The position numbers and the translations under genes are program-made. Positions 10,949 to 22,400 of a stretch of 64,000 bases of DNA are shown here, in pieces; position 1 is the first letter of the stretch; each line of letters begins with the position of its first letter. This DNA comes from Chlorokybus atmophyticus (Eukaryota; Plantae; Mesostigma and Chlorokybus algae). The stretch covers positions 227,538-291,537 of the forward strand of contig RHPI01000772.1 of NCBI GenBank assembly GCA_009103225.1, given 5' to 3'. A model generated the notes under the pieces. That model was not told the origin of the DNA. It ran no database searches and saw nothing but the letters and a program-made list of their open reading frames with translations.

Positions 10949-11482
10949 TGTAACGGGAAGGTACATTAGATTACCACAAATCGACCATAAAAAGCACCAA
11001 GTCTTTTATGGTCGAATGGGCTGTGACATTGGTCATCGGAGCTTGAGACCCGGGTTCGACTCCTGCCTTGCACACGAATTCCGCGGTCGTTGTTTCTCGA
11101 TCCAATAATCGTAAATGGTCACTTTATGAGTGCCATCATCGATGGGTCGCGACTTGCCTAATGGCAGTCGCGCCGAAGTGACCTGACCAGTTCAGTCGGC
11201 GCGGCAGGGCGCGACCTGCCTATCGCGGCGACGTGACCTGTGGGGCCGGCAGCGGAGCGCTATGCGCGCGCTGACCGGTATGGGCCTAAATTAGCCGGTC
11301 CTTGGCTGTGGGGCCGGTGGCCGACCCTAACAAACCCCTTGGGTAATTCCCCAGCTGACCGCGCAGCTGCCGAGGACGTCAGCGTTCTTAAGTGGGAGGG
11401 AATGTAACGGGAAGGTACATTAAATTACCACAAATCGACCATAAAAAGCACCAAGTCTTTTGTGGTCGAGTGGGCTGTGACA
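10949..11482 (+). mobile_element. TRIM (miniature non-autonomous LTR element), 534 bp, nested in element 2
   Basis: 80-bp TG...CA LTRs at 10949-11028 and 11403-11482 with 3 mismatches. TSD AAGCG at 10944-10948 and 11483-11487. PBS-like TGGTCATCGGAGC directly after the 5' LTR and PPT AAGTGGGAGGGAA before the 3' LTR. Removing it restores the host reading frame (KQFTKR|ETG). Confidence 0.95.
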
Positions 11483-11559
11483 AAGCGTGAGACGGGAACA
11501 GTGCGGTTGTCAGCAATATTAATTAACTCACGCATCAGTCACGGAATCTTGGCTACCTT

Positions 11560-14500
11560 CAAGGGCGAGTAGTACCTTTATTGTGGACCTTCACAGACAC
11601 GGCACAGGTATTACTAGCTCGTTCTTGGTTGACACCGGGGCAGTGCGTAACTTCGTCGAAGATAAATGGGTTATGCGCAATAAGATAGCGTGTAAACCCT
11701 CAGCCTTCTCAGCTGGCCTTCTCAGCTGGAAGTGCGTTGCCAGTAAAAGGTGAAATTGAGTTGAAAGTTAAGATTTGTAGTTACCAAGCCAATTTAACTT
11801 TCATCATAATACCCATTGACATAGCTGGTGTTGATGTGGTATTTGGCCAAGATGGCAAGATCAAGTGTCTATGACATTAGATACTGCTGCACGGTTGTGC
11901 ACAGTAAAGAAGGGGCGTAAGCGCATCACTTTGTCCGTGCAGGGGTCTCATAACTTGGAATACAAGCAAACAAACCCTGCGTTACTTACGGCGCTTCAAG
12001 TGAAGCGTGCGTTACGTAAAAACACACCTGCTTTTCCTAATGCACTTAACGTCGAGTGATGACGTAGTGCCTGGCAATACAAAAGGTGTGGCGGACATCA
12101 TTGAGAAATTTTAAGATGTGTTCTTAATTGTGTTGCTGGGCTTGCCCCCTATTCGAGGTGTCGGACACTGAATACCTTTAATTTCTAATAGTGAGCCTCC
12201 ATTTCGGCCTATATACAGGTTGAGCCCTCGTAAGAGGGGGGAAATGGAAACACAGATAAAAGAGTTATTGGAAAATGGATTGATTGAACCAAGTTCTTCA
12301 CCCTTTGGCGCACCCATATTGTTTGTTATGAAAAAGAATGGGAAGTTGCGCATGTGTGTGGATTACCGTGCTCTAAACAAGATCACGGTAAAGAACATAC
12401 CCGTAGCCAAGGATTGATGATGTGTTTGACAAGTTGTCAGGGAATGCGTACTTAGTACGCTAGACTTGACAAGCGGCTATCATCAAATCGGGATTCATCC
12501 TTCGGATGTCTATAAGACAGCATTCAGGACACCTACGGGCCGTTATCAATACAAAGTGTTACCTTTTTGATTGACTAATGCACCCGCTGTGTTTCAAAAG
12601 GAAATGAACAAATTTTCGGTGACATGCTTGGTCAACATGTCATGATATACTTGAATGATATCATTGTCTTCAGTAAAATAAAGGAAGAACATAGGCAACA
12701 CTTGGAAGCGGTGTTTGCAAGATTGCGCAAGCATTGTTTATTGGCAAATCTCACCAAGTGTGATTTTTGTAAAACGGAGTTGCCCTTTCTTGGTCACATT
12801 GTGAGTGGTGCGGGTATCAAACCTGACCCTTGCAAAGTGCAGATTGTGAAAGAGTGGCCCCAACCTCAGAATATCCATCAACTAAGGTCGATTCTAGGGT
12901 TGGCAAACTATTTGAGTATGTTCGTGATGGGGTACTCAACAGTTGTCATGCCTTTGACCAAACTGTTGCGTTAATATGCCCCGTTCACTTGGACAACAGC
13001 ACAAGAAGCTGCTATGCAAAAGGTGAAGTTGGCTTTAACATTGGCGCCGGTGTTAGCACTGGCCAATTGGGACAAACACTTCACAGTGGTCAATGACGCA
13101 TCAACACTTGGGTAAGGTGCGGTACTATTGCAAGATGGTAGACCTTGTGCTTATAAGAGTAGGAAGTTCATTCCTGTAGAGGTGAACTACACTACGACAG
13201 AGCAAGAACCATTGGGTATAGTTTATGCTCTCGAGACATGGAGATGTTACTTAGAGGGTGTTCAGTTCACTGTTGTGACTGATCACAACCCGTTGGTGTA
13301 TTTCTCAACACAGCCAAACTTGTTGAGACGGCAAGCGCGCTGGACCTTGGGTGTATCGGCCGGGCAGAACCAATGTGGCTGACCCTTCGAGTCGCTGCCC
13401 GTCATTACTGGCAGTGATGCGCGCGCAATTCCTCGCGACACGCAGCACACATTGTCTCCCAATGATGAGTTTGTGCAAACTGTTGTACAGGGGTACACTT
13501 TAGACCTGTGGTTTTTTAATGCAGACAACTTACGAAAGTTTGACAAACGTGACAATCTGTATTACATGAGCAACAGTTTGGCGAAACCTGAGCATGCTAA
13601 ACTGCGTGTAAAATGCATAGCGGATGTACACGATCCACCTTACGCTGAGCACTTTGATAGTCGCAAGACCACTAAGGCAGCGCAAACTTTGTCTTGGTGG
13701 CCATCGTTGCTTGCTGATGTGAAGCGGTATGTGGACACATGTGACAAATGTCAACGTGACAAACCGTTACGTCAAAAGCCCGCTGGGCTACCGCGGCCGT
13801 TACCAGTTCCTGACATTAAGTGGCAAAGTGTAAGTATGGACCTTATCACTGAGCTCCCTGAGGCAGCGTTGGGTCATACTGTGGCAGTTGTGTTTGTGGA
13901 TCGTTTGACCAAAATGGTTCACATTGTTCCTTGCCGTACGAAGATAGGCTCCCGTGATCCAGCGATGGTTTTTCTCGCGTCAGTGTTTAGATTGCATGGC
14001 TTGCCTCGTAACATTGTCTCTGACCGTACCCGAGGTTTGTGGCTAAATTTTAGAAGTCGCTATGCAACTTCCTGCAGATACAGCAGCACATGAGTACCGC
14101 TTATCATCCGCAGACTGATGGTCAGACAAAACGCGCCAATCAAGTGATTGAGGAAACCATTCGGCATTATGTGAGTCCGAATCAGTTTAATTGGGATATT
14201 TATCTTCCAATGGCTGAGTTCGCTAATAACAATGCATGGCAAAGAGTGTGCAGGACACTCCGTTTTTCTTAAATTACGATGTGCATCTACAAAGTCCTGC
14301 GAATATGAAATTGCCAGCTAATGACTTGACTCGCGTTCCTGCAGCGCGCGAGATGGCTGCGGCCATGCAAGACATATTAGCGTAGGCAAAGAGCTGTCTG
14401 CACACAGCGCAAGTCAGATAAAAAGCCCAAGCTGATAAGCATCGTAGGCAGGCCGACGATAATGTGGGCAATTTGGTGCTTTTAAGCATCAAAAACATAT

Positions 14501-14870
14501 CCATTAAGGGAGTGGGTACCCGAAAGTTTTTCCCTTGCTGGATAGGCCCCTTCAAAGTGGTTGATCGGGTCGGCACTCACGCGTATTGTTTGGAGTTACC
14601 ACATTCCATACGTATAAATAATGTGTTTCATGTGAGTGTAATGAAACCGTACCGTTTAGACGGTCGGGTTCAACCTCCTCCACCCCCAGTCGCAGTGGAT
14701 GGCGATGTTACTTTCGAGTATGAGGTGGAAACAATCGTGAGTCACCGTAAGCCCCGACGCGGACGCGCGCCGACTTACTTGGTGAAATGGTAAGGGTATG
14801 GTGTTTAACACAACACGTGGGAACCCGAAAGGAATCTTACCAACTGCTAGGAGATTCTTCGGGCGTACTG
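11560..14870 (+). pseudogene. pol: pol of element 2: protease, RT, RNase H, integrase, chromodomain
   Basis: FLVDTGA (DTG 11631-11639); [11 protein letters not shown]; YLND (12648-12659, catalytic D to N); VTDHNPL; VSMDLIT and IVSDR; YHPQTDGQT. Chromodomain YEVETIVSHR...YLVKW*GY...NTWEP..NL at 14715-14870. Confidence 0.93.
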
Positions 14871-15019
14871 GAGTGATGTGTCCGCACGCGGACGAAAAGG
14901 GTGCTGGCAGACATCTTTACCGCTTCGGCCCTGGTTCTTTTCTCACTCAGGTTTTCAGTGCTCACGGTGGGGCCTTGCTAACCCTTCAATGAGGACATCA
15001 AAACCTAAGTGGGGGGGAA

Positions 15020-15339
15020 TGTAACGGAGTGCTACCGCTGTGAAGTTCCCCGCCCTTATTTATTGAGAAATAAGGGTCCCAACGGTATAAACACAGCCGT
15101 CAAAGTCGTATTAAGGCCTTCATAGGCCCTAATAAGGTGTTATGTTATTTAACACCGTTATTGACTTAAGATGCGTCTCAAATCAATATCAGCCGCATGG
15201 CGGCGCTGCTAACGCAGCGACCGCCATAGCCAGGGGAACTTTCGATCCCCTGGCTGCCAGCGGCGGCGGCGGCGACGTGGCTGTGGTTGGTGGTGTTGGG
15301 GTAGGGGATTAAAGGGGTGGTAGCACCCCCCTTCTTACA
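15020..15339 (+). repeat. 3' LTR of element 2 (320 bp)
   Basis: Starts TGTAACGGAGTGCTACC immediately after the PPT. Ends GGTAGCAC...TTACA, an imperfect terminal inverted repeat. Confidence 0.8.
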
Positions 15340-16340
15340 TTCGCAGCCAAGGTGTGTAAATTGTGCATGGCAAATGCGTCACATGATGCAGATGCATGCC
15401 ACTTGACTGGAAGTACACTTAGTGGCACTTGCACAACTCCTCTTACAGGTGGATGCTGACCAGTTGCTTGCGTCCGCGTCCCTCGTAGCTGCGCAGTTCT
15501 TACCCTGTGCAGTGCGCCCTCATAGCGTATCGTTGGTGGAGCGGGTGGCAACCTACTGGTTAATACCTTGTGACTCGCAGTCTAGTGCATATGCTTCAAA
15601 CATTGTACATGTGCATATATTACATGGAGTCAACGGTAGCACATAATGCACATGCTTGTACGTGCTTTCAACATGTATTTTTAATATGATACCCATCACT
15701 TTCTTGCACTGCCAACATGCATATTGAGAGTAATGACTATCATGTTGAAAACATGAACAATCGCGTCAAAAACGCATGGTAGATTCTCGACGTTTGTGGT
15801 GATCTGAGAGGTGTGAACATTCGCAACATCGACTCAAGTATTGCTAATAACAACTTGAATGTCGACGCTCATCAAGGCGAAGGTCCCGGCATACACGTTA
15901 ATACATTGGATGTTGATAGAATCCACATGAATATTGCTATTATAATTAGTTGAATGGCCATTGCGCAATTTGTGATGACCGCATCTGATGGCTGGCGGCA
16001 GCGGCGGCGGGGTAAGCGAGGTGGATGACGGCGGCGCAGAGCAGGTCTGCTGCCGCCAGCGGCGCCTGAAGTAGCATGCCGAGGCCTGCCATGCAAGCGG
16101 AGACACACGAGTAGCAACAAGAGGTCAGAAAAGACAATGACAACGACTAGGACGCTGCGGACCACGATGCCCACAAGAGGTGGTGTTGTAAATATCCATA
16201 GCATGTTCAACAAACTTTCGAGTGTCTCCGTGTTTAAGCGCCCTGAGCTGTGTCGCCTGCAGTGAAAGCAGGTTTGACAAACTGAAGCACTGTTAACACA
16301 ACACGTTTACCACAACTTCGTTAACAACTCTGGCGCGTGT

Positions 16341-19032
16341 ATGCGGCCGCCCGGCACGTCGTACCGTAGTATGCGACAGCCCGCATCTCAGTTGCTGTCC
16401 ACGTGGCGCATGGCGGCAGCAGCTGCAGCGGCGGCGGCGGCGGCGTCGTCGTTGGCGGTCAAGTCCACGTCGACGTCTTCACGCCTGAGGCTACTGAGGC
16501 CTCGCTTCCGCAGCCTTTGTATCCCTGCGCCGCAGAGACAGCGGCGGCGACCGCCGGCGTGGCAGCACAGCTGCCACATTGCCGTCCGCCACAGCGGCGG
16601 CGGCGGCGGCGGCGTTAACAGGCATGTCGGTGTGAGTGGTAGACGCGCTCTCATCACGCCGCTTGCTTCTGCCCATCAGGCTGGCAGGATTGCCGCCGGG
16701 GTCAAAGGAGATGATGGGGATGACGACGGCGACTATTACATGCTGATTGGCGGCGATGATGACGGCGACGATGACGAGGAGACTGACGAGGATGAGGATG
16801 ATACGGAGGAAGGGGAGGAAGACGATGCCGACATGCAGGAGTACACAGACCAGAATGACGCGCAGTACCTGTGGCGGAAGTTCAATGAAGCGCAGGTAGA
16901 GTTGCACACCTGCATTCGCTGTGTGCAACTGCATTGCACATCACAGGAAGTTTGCCATACATTACACAGACACCTAAAAGTTTGTCTAGATATGAAGTTA
17001 TCATGCCTACTGTCACGCTTCCCCCTCCCCAGGCCCGTGACCTCCTCTACAGCTGCTTGAGAACCACGGACCTGCGCTGGTGCGAAACCCGAAGCTGCTT
17101 CATCACAACCGAGGTACCGCACACATCAACAGTCACGCAAACACACACGCGCGCGCGCGCACACGCACGCACGCACGCACGCACGCACACATGCGCGCGC
17201 ACGTACGCGAACATTGCGTCTTCGTGCAGGATGAGGGTGCGCTATCCCCACCCAAGCTGCAGCTGCATATGCCGCCATCGATGCTCCCCGCGTCCCACCC
17301 GACAGACCCCGTGGAGTACCTTGATTTTTCGAGGCGGTGGGAGGACGACAACGGCGGGGTGGGAGGCACGGGCGTGTCCCCGCGAAGGTACTTACTCACC
17401 CTCCTGACCGCGGACAGCGCAGCCCTCGGGGTCTGGGAAGCAGGCCAACTTATACGACACAAGGTGGGTGTGGATGTTCTGTCCGACCGTGTGCGCGTTG
17501 GCAGAATGTTGCTGCGCTAACTACTAAAGTGCAGAAAATTATCCACACCGTGTATGTGCATGTGTGCACACCTCCGCGCGCGCGTGCATGCACACAGGCA
17601 GCCTCCCCCTGGAAGTGCGTTGCCAGTAAAAGGTGAAATTGAGTTGAAAGTTAAGATTTGTAGTTACCAAGCCAATTTAACTTTCATCATAATACCCATT
17701 GACATAGCTGGTGTTGATGTGGTATTTGGCCAAGATGGCAAGATCAAGTGTCTATGACATTAGATACTGCTGCACGGTTGTGCACAGTAAAGAAGGGGCG
17801 TAAGCGCATCACTTTGTCCGTGCAGGGGTCTCATAACTTGGAATACAAGCAAACAAACCCTGCGNTATATCAACAATTGTATATGTGCTTGAACATGTAT
17901 GTATTACGTGGTTTATTATATGATATATTAAAGCGCGAACAACTTTGATAAACCATATACGTGATACAGTTCTCGCAATACAACCTTGCAGTTGTTCCAA
18001 CACTGCTTAACGCATACATTCAGGTAGGAGTACATCAAGTCCCCCGCGGAGGATGTGATCCCACACCCACACCCACACCCACACCCACACCCACACCCAC
18101 ACCCACACCCACACCCACACCCACGCACGCACGCACGCACGCATGCACGCTGTTATAAGGCACAAACATGCATGCGTGTGCACGTTTCAACCATGCACAT
18201 ACATGATCACGCATGTTCGTATGCTCATCTGCAGCACAACAATTGCCCCACACGGTCACGCACACACACGCGCGCTGGTACATCCCTCTCCCAGGTTTTG
18301 ACGGCGTACACCGTGCGGCGTGGTCAAGGCACCTCCCAGCGCAAGCACCAGCGCGGCGGCGGTCGCGAGCGCACTGTGGGTCAGCATCTGCGCGCCCGCG
18401 AGTCCGCTCGTCTCGTGACGCGCATCTGCCAGAAGCTCAACGAGTGGGTCGTGGACGGGGACATCGCCTCGTGCTCGCAACTGTTCAGGTCGGGGGACGT
18501 GAGGATATGGAACGAGGTGTCGGGGTGGAAGAAACCGGCGCTGAGAGTGAAGGCGGAGGATGAGAGGTGGAGGAGGGTGGAAGGGAGCGTGTCGGGGGGA
18601 GGCACGGGAGGAGGCATCCGGCGGCCTCGGTTACGTGAACTTCGAAGGTTGGTGTGTGACACGTTGGGACGAAGCAATACATGAACACATGTACATGGGC
18701 ATACAGACATATGCGCACGCACACGTGCATATGTCTGTGTGCCCATGCGTAGGCACGCACATGTACGCAGGCACGCAGGTAAGTGCGTGCTTGCGTACGC
18801 CCATGCGCTTGTGCCCACGCGCACGTGTACTCCATCTTGAACGCCCTTTCTCACCCCACACATCCGACCTCGCAGGGTGCATTTTGGTGTTACGCACGGG
18901 AGGGTTGGGATTCGAGTCGATGACGAGCCCGAAGGGCGGAGGAGTGCGCTTTACAACATTGTCGCTGCTGTCATGATGGAGTCCCCAACGGCCGCTGAGC
19001 GAGGAGACGATGCAAAGAGGAAAAAGCGGTAG
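16341..19032 (+). CDS. VLRF1 (Vms1-like release factor) domain protein, bacterial bVLRF1-like, with transit-peptide-like N-terminus
   Basis: Proposed exons 16341-16895, 17053-17079, 17230-17463, 18295-18647 and 18876-19032, all GT-AG and in phase. They give YLLTLLTADSAALGVWEAGQLIRHK|VLTAYTVRRGQGTSQRKH...GQHLRARESARL...LNEW...DERWRRV...PRLRELRR|VH. RxxQGxSQ is the VLRF1 catalytic loop. The start codon is uncertain (16341, 16371 or 16410). Confidence 0.75.
17609..17864 (+). other. 256-bp identical copy of 11726-11981 (element 2 protease region) ending at an N; probable assembly artefact
   Basis: I found no mismatch by eye over 256 bp. It abuts the single N at 17865 inside an intron. Confidence 0.8.
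18060..18124 (+). repeat. (CCCACA)n microsatellite, about 11 units, intronic
   Basis: Directly visible. Confidence 0.95.
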
Positions 19033-19499
19033 CTGTACTCTATATGGAGATAGCTGCTGTGGAGCTTTGCTTGGTCATGAGGAATTGCCTGTCAAGCAAT
19101 TCCTGTCCAAGACTTCTCCTTTGGCATAGGACACCAGAGATGTTGTGATTGCTGCAGCTTGCCAGCACAACAGATAGTTTACAATAACCATTGTCAAGCA
19201 TTACACACAGTGCGCATGCTCAACACTGCCACGATATCGGCAACATTTGCGCCATTGCATTGTCGCCACGCCACAGTGGTATGGTTCTGCCGCATCCGCT
19301 GAAGTCTGCACAGGAAAAGCTTCGGCTATCACAATATGGCAGCCAGATCGCAGGGCATTGGCATACAGGTGACGCATGTACGTACGCACGCACCTCTAAA
19401 GAGGCCACGTGGCTCGGGTTAAAGGTCCGGTGCTAAACAATGCGTTCATGGCATGCACCATATGTTTCTTTCTTTTCAATGTCAGCCTGCCTTGGCCTT

Positions 19500-22400
19500 C
19501 TACACCTTGCCAGTGTATTTGTGGTGCTGCTCGTAGTCCTGCCTGAGCAAGGTGTACGCCGTGCGCCGCGCCTCATCTAAGTAGCACAGAGGTCACTAGT
19601 TGTACCAAAAGCAGCACGCATACATGTGAACGCACATGTGCACGCAATCAGATACCAACAGCACAACACCCACCAGAAGCGAACGCAGCATGCAGCAACT
19701 GCAGCTCAAAGTGCGTGCAGGCATCAAGCAGAGCAAATGCCCCCGACCTCAGCGCGTCCGTTGCAGCCCTGCACGCATGAACGGCTGTGAGTCAAGCACA
19801 ACTCGCATGTTGCATTGCAACAACACGAACATCAACCAGATACCTGCTGAAATTGCCGGCAACCACCGCCCCGATGTAGTCCGCCAGCAGGTATGGGACG
19901 TACTTCCCAAGAGCCTCTTTCCTTGCCGCAAACTGCAACAGTCGAGTGTGAGACATATCATACACACAGCCGGTGCGCATGCACAAGTGTATGTGTGCTT
20001 GCACGCACATGTACACACGCACACACGCGCGCGCGCATGCATGCGCACACATGCGCACCTCTTCGTATAGTCGTGCGAGGGCTGCAGCCGTGCTCACGCC
20101 ATCCGCGGACACGTTGTTAAGGGCAGCATGCGCAGCACGGGCAACGTGAGCAGCGAGTCGGCGTGTCTCTCGCGGGCGGCGTCTGAGGGCGGCGCCGAGC
20201 AGCGTGAGTGCCTGCACCGCAAGAACACCGTGCTCTTGCGCGTGTGTTGTGTCGTGTTGCGTTGGTCTACTTCGCAAAGAGTCTCCCGCGCACTGCATAG
20301 CGAGAGCCGTCTGCCTCGCGGGGATGGCGGGGAACCTGGCCTCGCGCGAGAGAAGGCTTGTCGCGAACCTGGCACAGGCGGCGAGAAGGCGAGGACACAT
20401 ACCCATATTGTCATCGTGCGTGTGCATCATAAAGGCGAGGACAAGGCCGAACACGCGCTCCGCCCGCGAAGCGACCGCGCGGGCGTTCTTTGGCCCGTAC
20501 AACAGCGTGAACACAACATGGAGGCCGTCCACTGCCGCTTCAACATCATCCAATGCAACGACCGATTGCCCCGTGAGGTTGGCACGCAGGACAGACTCCA
20601 GCTGCTGCACGAGTGCGACCACATGAGGGCGGGAACACGCGCGGGCGTAAGCCCGAAAGGCCGCTTGCATCGCCGCGTGGACGCGCGGTAGACTACGTGT
20701 ACGTGTGCGTCCGAGAGCGTGTAACATGTTGGCCACGAGGGCCGCGCGGGTATCGGCGTCCATCGCATCATCCGGGCCGAGGTGGCGGACGGCTGCGGCG
20801 ATGTAGTGTGCGCAACTCAACGCTACGGATGACGTGGACTTTGTCCCCTCCACGCCACCAATGCTGCGTTGCAACAGCGCGCAGGCAAGCGGGAGATTTG
20901 AACCCAACGCAGACACGGCTGGACTTGGTTGGGATTCATACACTCGTGCAACACCTAAAATATGGCAGTAAACAGTTCACACAATTGCTGAGCAGGTTGT
21001 TCACCATTGGCAAAGAAAACCTCCACTACTTACCAGCCTGAGATTGAAGGCGCAAAGCGGATGCGAGAGCATGGAACGCTTCGCCAGTGTGTTGAGAGCT
21101 TGTGGTTGTGTCGTGCGACGCCACTGCGCCGACTAGGGCGGCCTCGAGGGGCTGCATGGACAAGTGCATGTGTTCACACTGTGCATGCGTATGCGTGCTC
21201 ATGGACGCACGTGCGCATGTGCCTTGTGTATGTATGTGCCCGCGCGCGCGTGTGTGTACGCATTTGTACGCAGAGTGAGCGACTGTGTGCAGGAATAAGA
21301 ATAATACCACCACAAGAGTCTAACATGTCTCAACATATGCCAACCTCAAGGCAGGTCCAAGGTTGAATTGCACCATCTTCTTCTTGCTTCGAGACACCCG
21401 CCACAGCTTCAGCCGCAGCTGTGAGCAGCGCGCGCACTTCCAGCAGCGTATCTTCCAAAACCTCTCCACTGTGTTGAGAAGACTCCCGAACAACTTCTGT
21501 TGCACGCGAAGCCGCGCTTTGCACAATGTTCAAACTGCCTCCCTCATGAAAGCTGCGCCGGAAGACTCCGCCCATGATGCTGGCCTTCGTCATCATGAGC
21601 TTTGACACCACCACATTATCATGATCGTTATCAACATGCCACGCAAGCACGCACTGCGTGCACACGCGCAGCCACTCCACTGCTGCTTCACCATCCGATC
21701 CGTCATCAGAGACAGAAGAGGCAGAGTCCCACAGCCGATGCAGCTCAAGGAGGAGTTGAAGCAACGTCCCGCGTTGTTGGCGTATCCACATCGGAGCTTC
21801 GGCTTTGTGCTCTAATAAGACACGAATCACCAAATAAAGCTGCAACAAGCCTTCAAGGACACAACACTCGTAAAGTGGCACACATCCCGCAAGTTCCGCA
21901 CGATCTTCCGCGCCAAGATACCCTTCGGGAAGATTTCTGATAACCTTGACAACTCCCAGAAAGGCTTCCGCTTGATTGACGCTCATGACACTGTCGCAGT
22001 GCCGCAAGCACTCCTTCGCTCGCTGAAGGTCCTTTGCAAGGCCGGAAGATGTTGTCCGGGTCTCAAAGGCGGCCGAAACTCGTCCCAGGACTGCCCGCTG
22101 CTCCTGTTGGGAACCTTTGTGCACGCGCGCCTCAGACAACGCGCGTGTGGCGTAGCTATGACGCATATCACCCGCGTGATCCATTGCTGGGCTCAACGCT
22201 TGAGATAGCAACCCGTGCATGGTGTCGAGCGCGACAGAGATGAAGGCTCTTCTTATCGGCTGCAGAGAAGAAAGCGATGTGAAATGCATGTTCCCAGTAT
22301 CAACACAACATCACACTGCAGGAAAGCAACCCAACTCACCAGCAGTTCATAAAAGCCCGCATCATGCAGGATATGAACGTGTCTCCCGCTTGCGATCCCT

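Larger units (their letters stand above)
10013..15339 (+). mobile_element. Degenerate chromovirus-type Ty3/gypsy element 2 (5' LTR absent)
   Basis: gag, PR, RT, RH, IN and chromodomain with many stops and frameshifts. PPT AAGTGGGGGGGAA (15007-15019) is followed by an LTR starting TGTAA. Confidence 0.93.

Noticed and set aside
11001-11075. Genuine tRNA gene
   Set aside because: A and B boxes and a T arm are present, but I find no acceptor stem or anticodon arm, and it straddles a TRIM LTR boundary.
10067-14850. RIP-like or directed C-to-T hypermutation in element 2
   Set aside because: Several stops could derive from CAG/CAA, but without a consensus I cannot separate this from ordinary decay.
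15340-16340. Short ORFs on both strands between the LTR and VLRF1
   Set aside because: No recognisable domain and no consistent exon chain.
18055-18124. (HP)n / (PT)n / (CG)n peptide repeats
   Set aside because: Translations of the intronic (CCCACA)n repeat.
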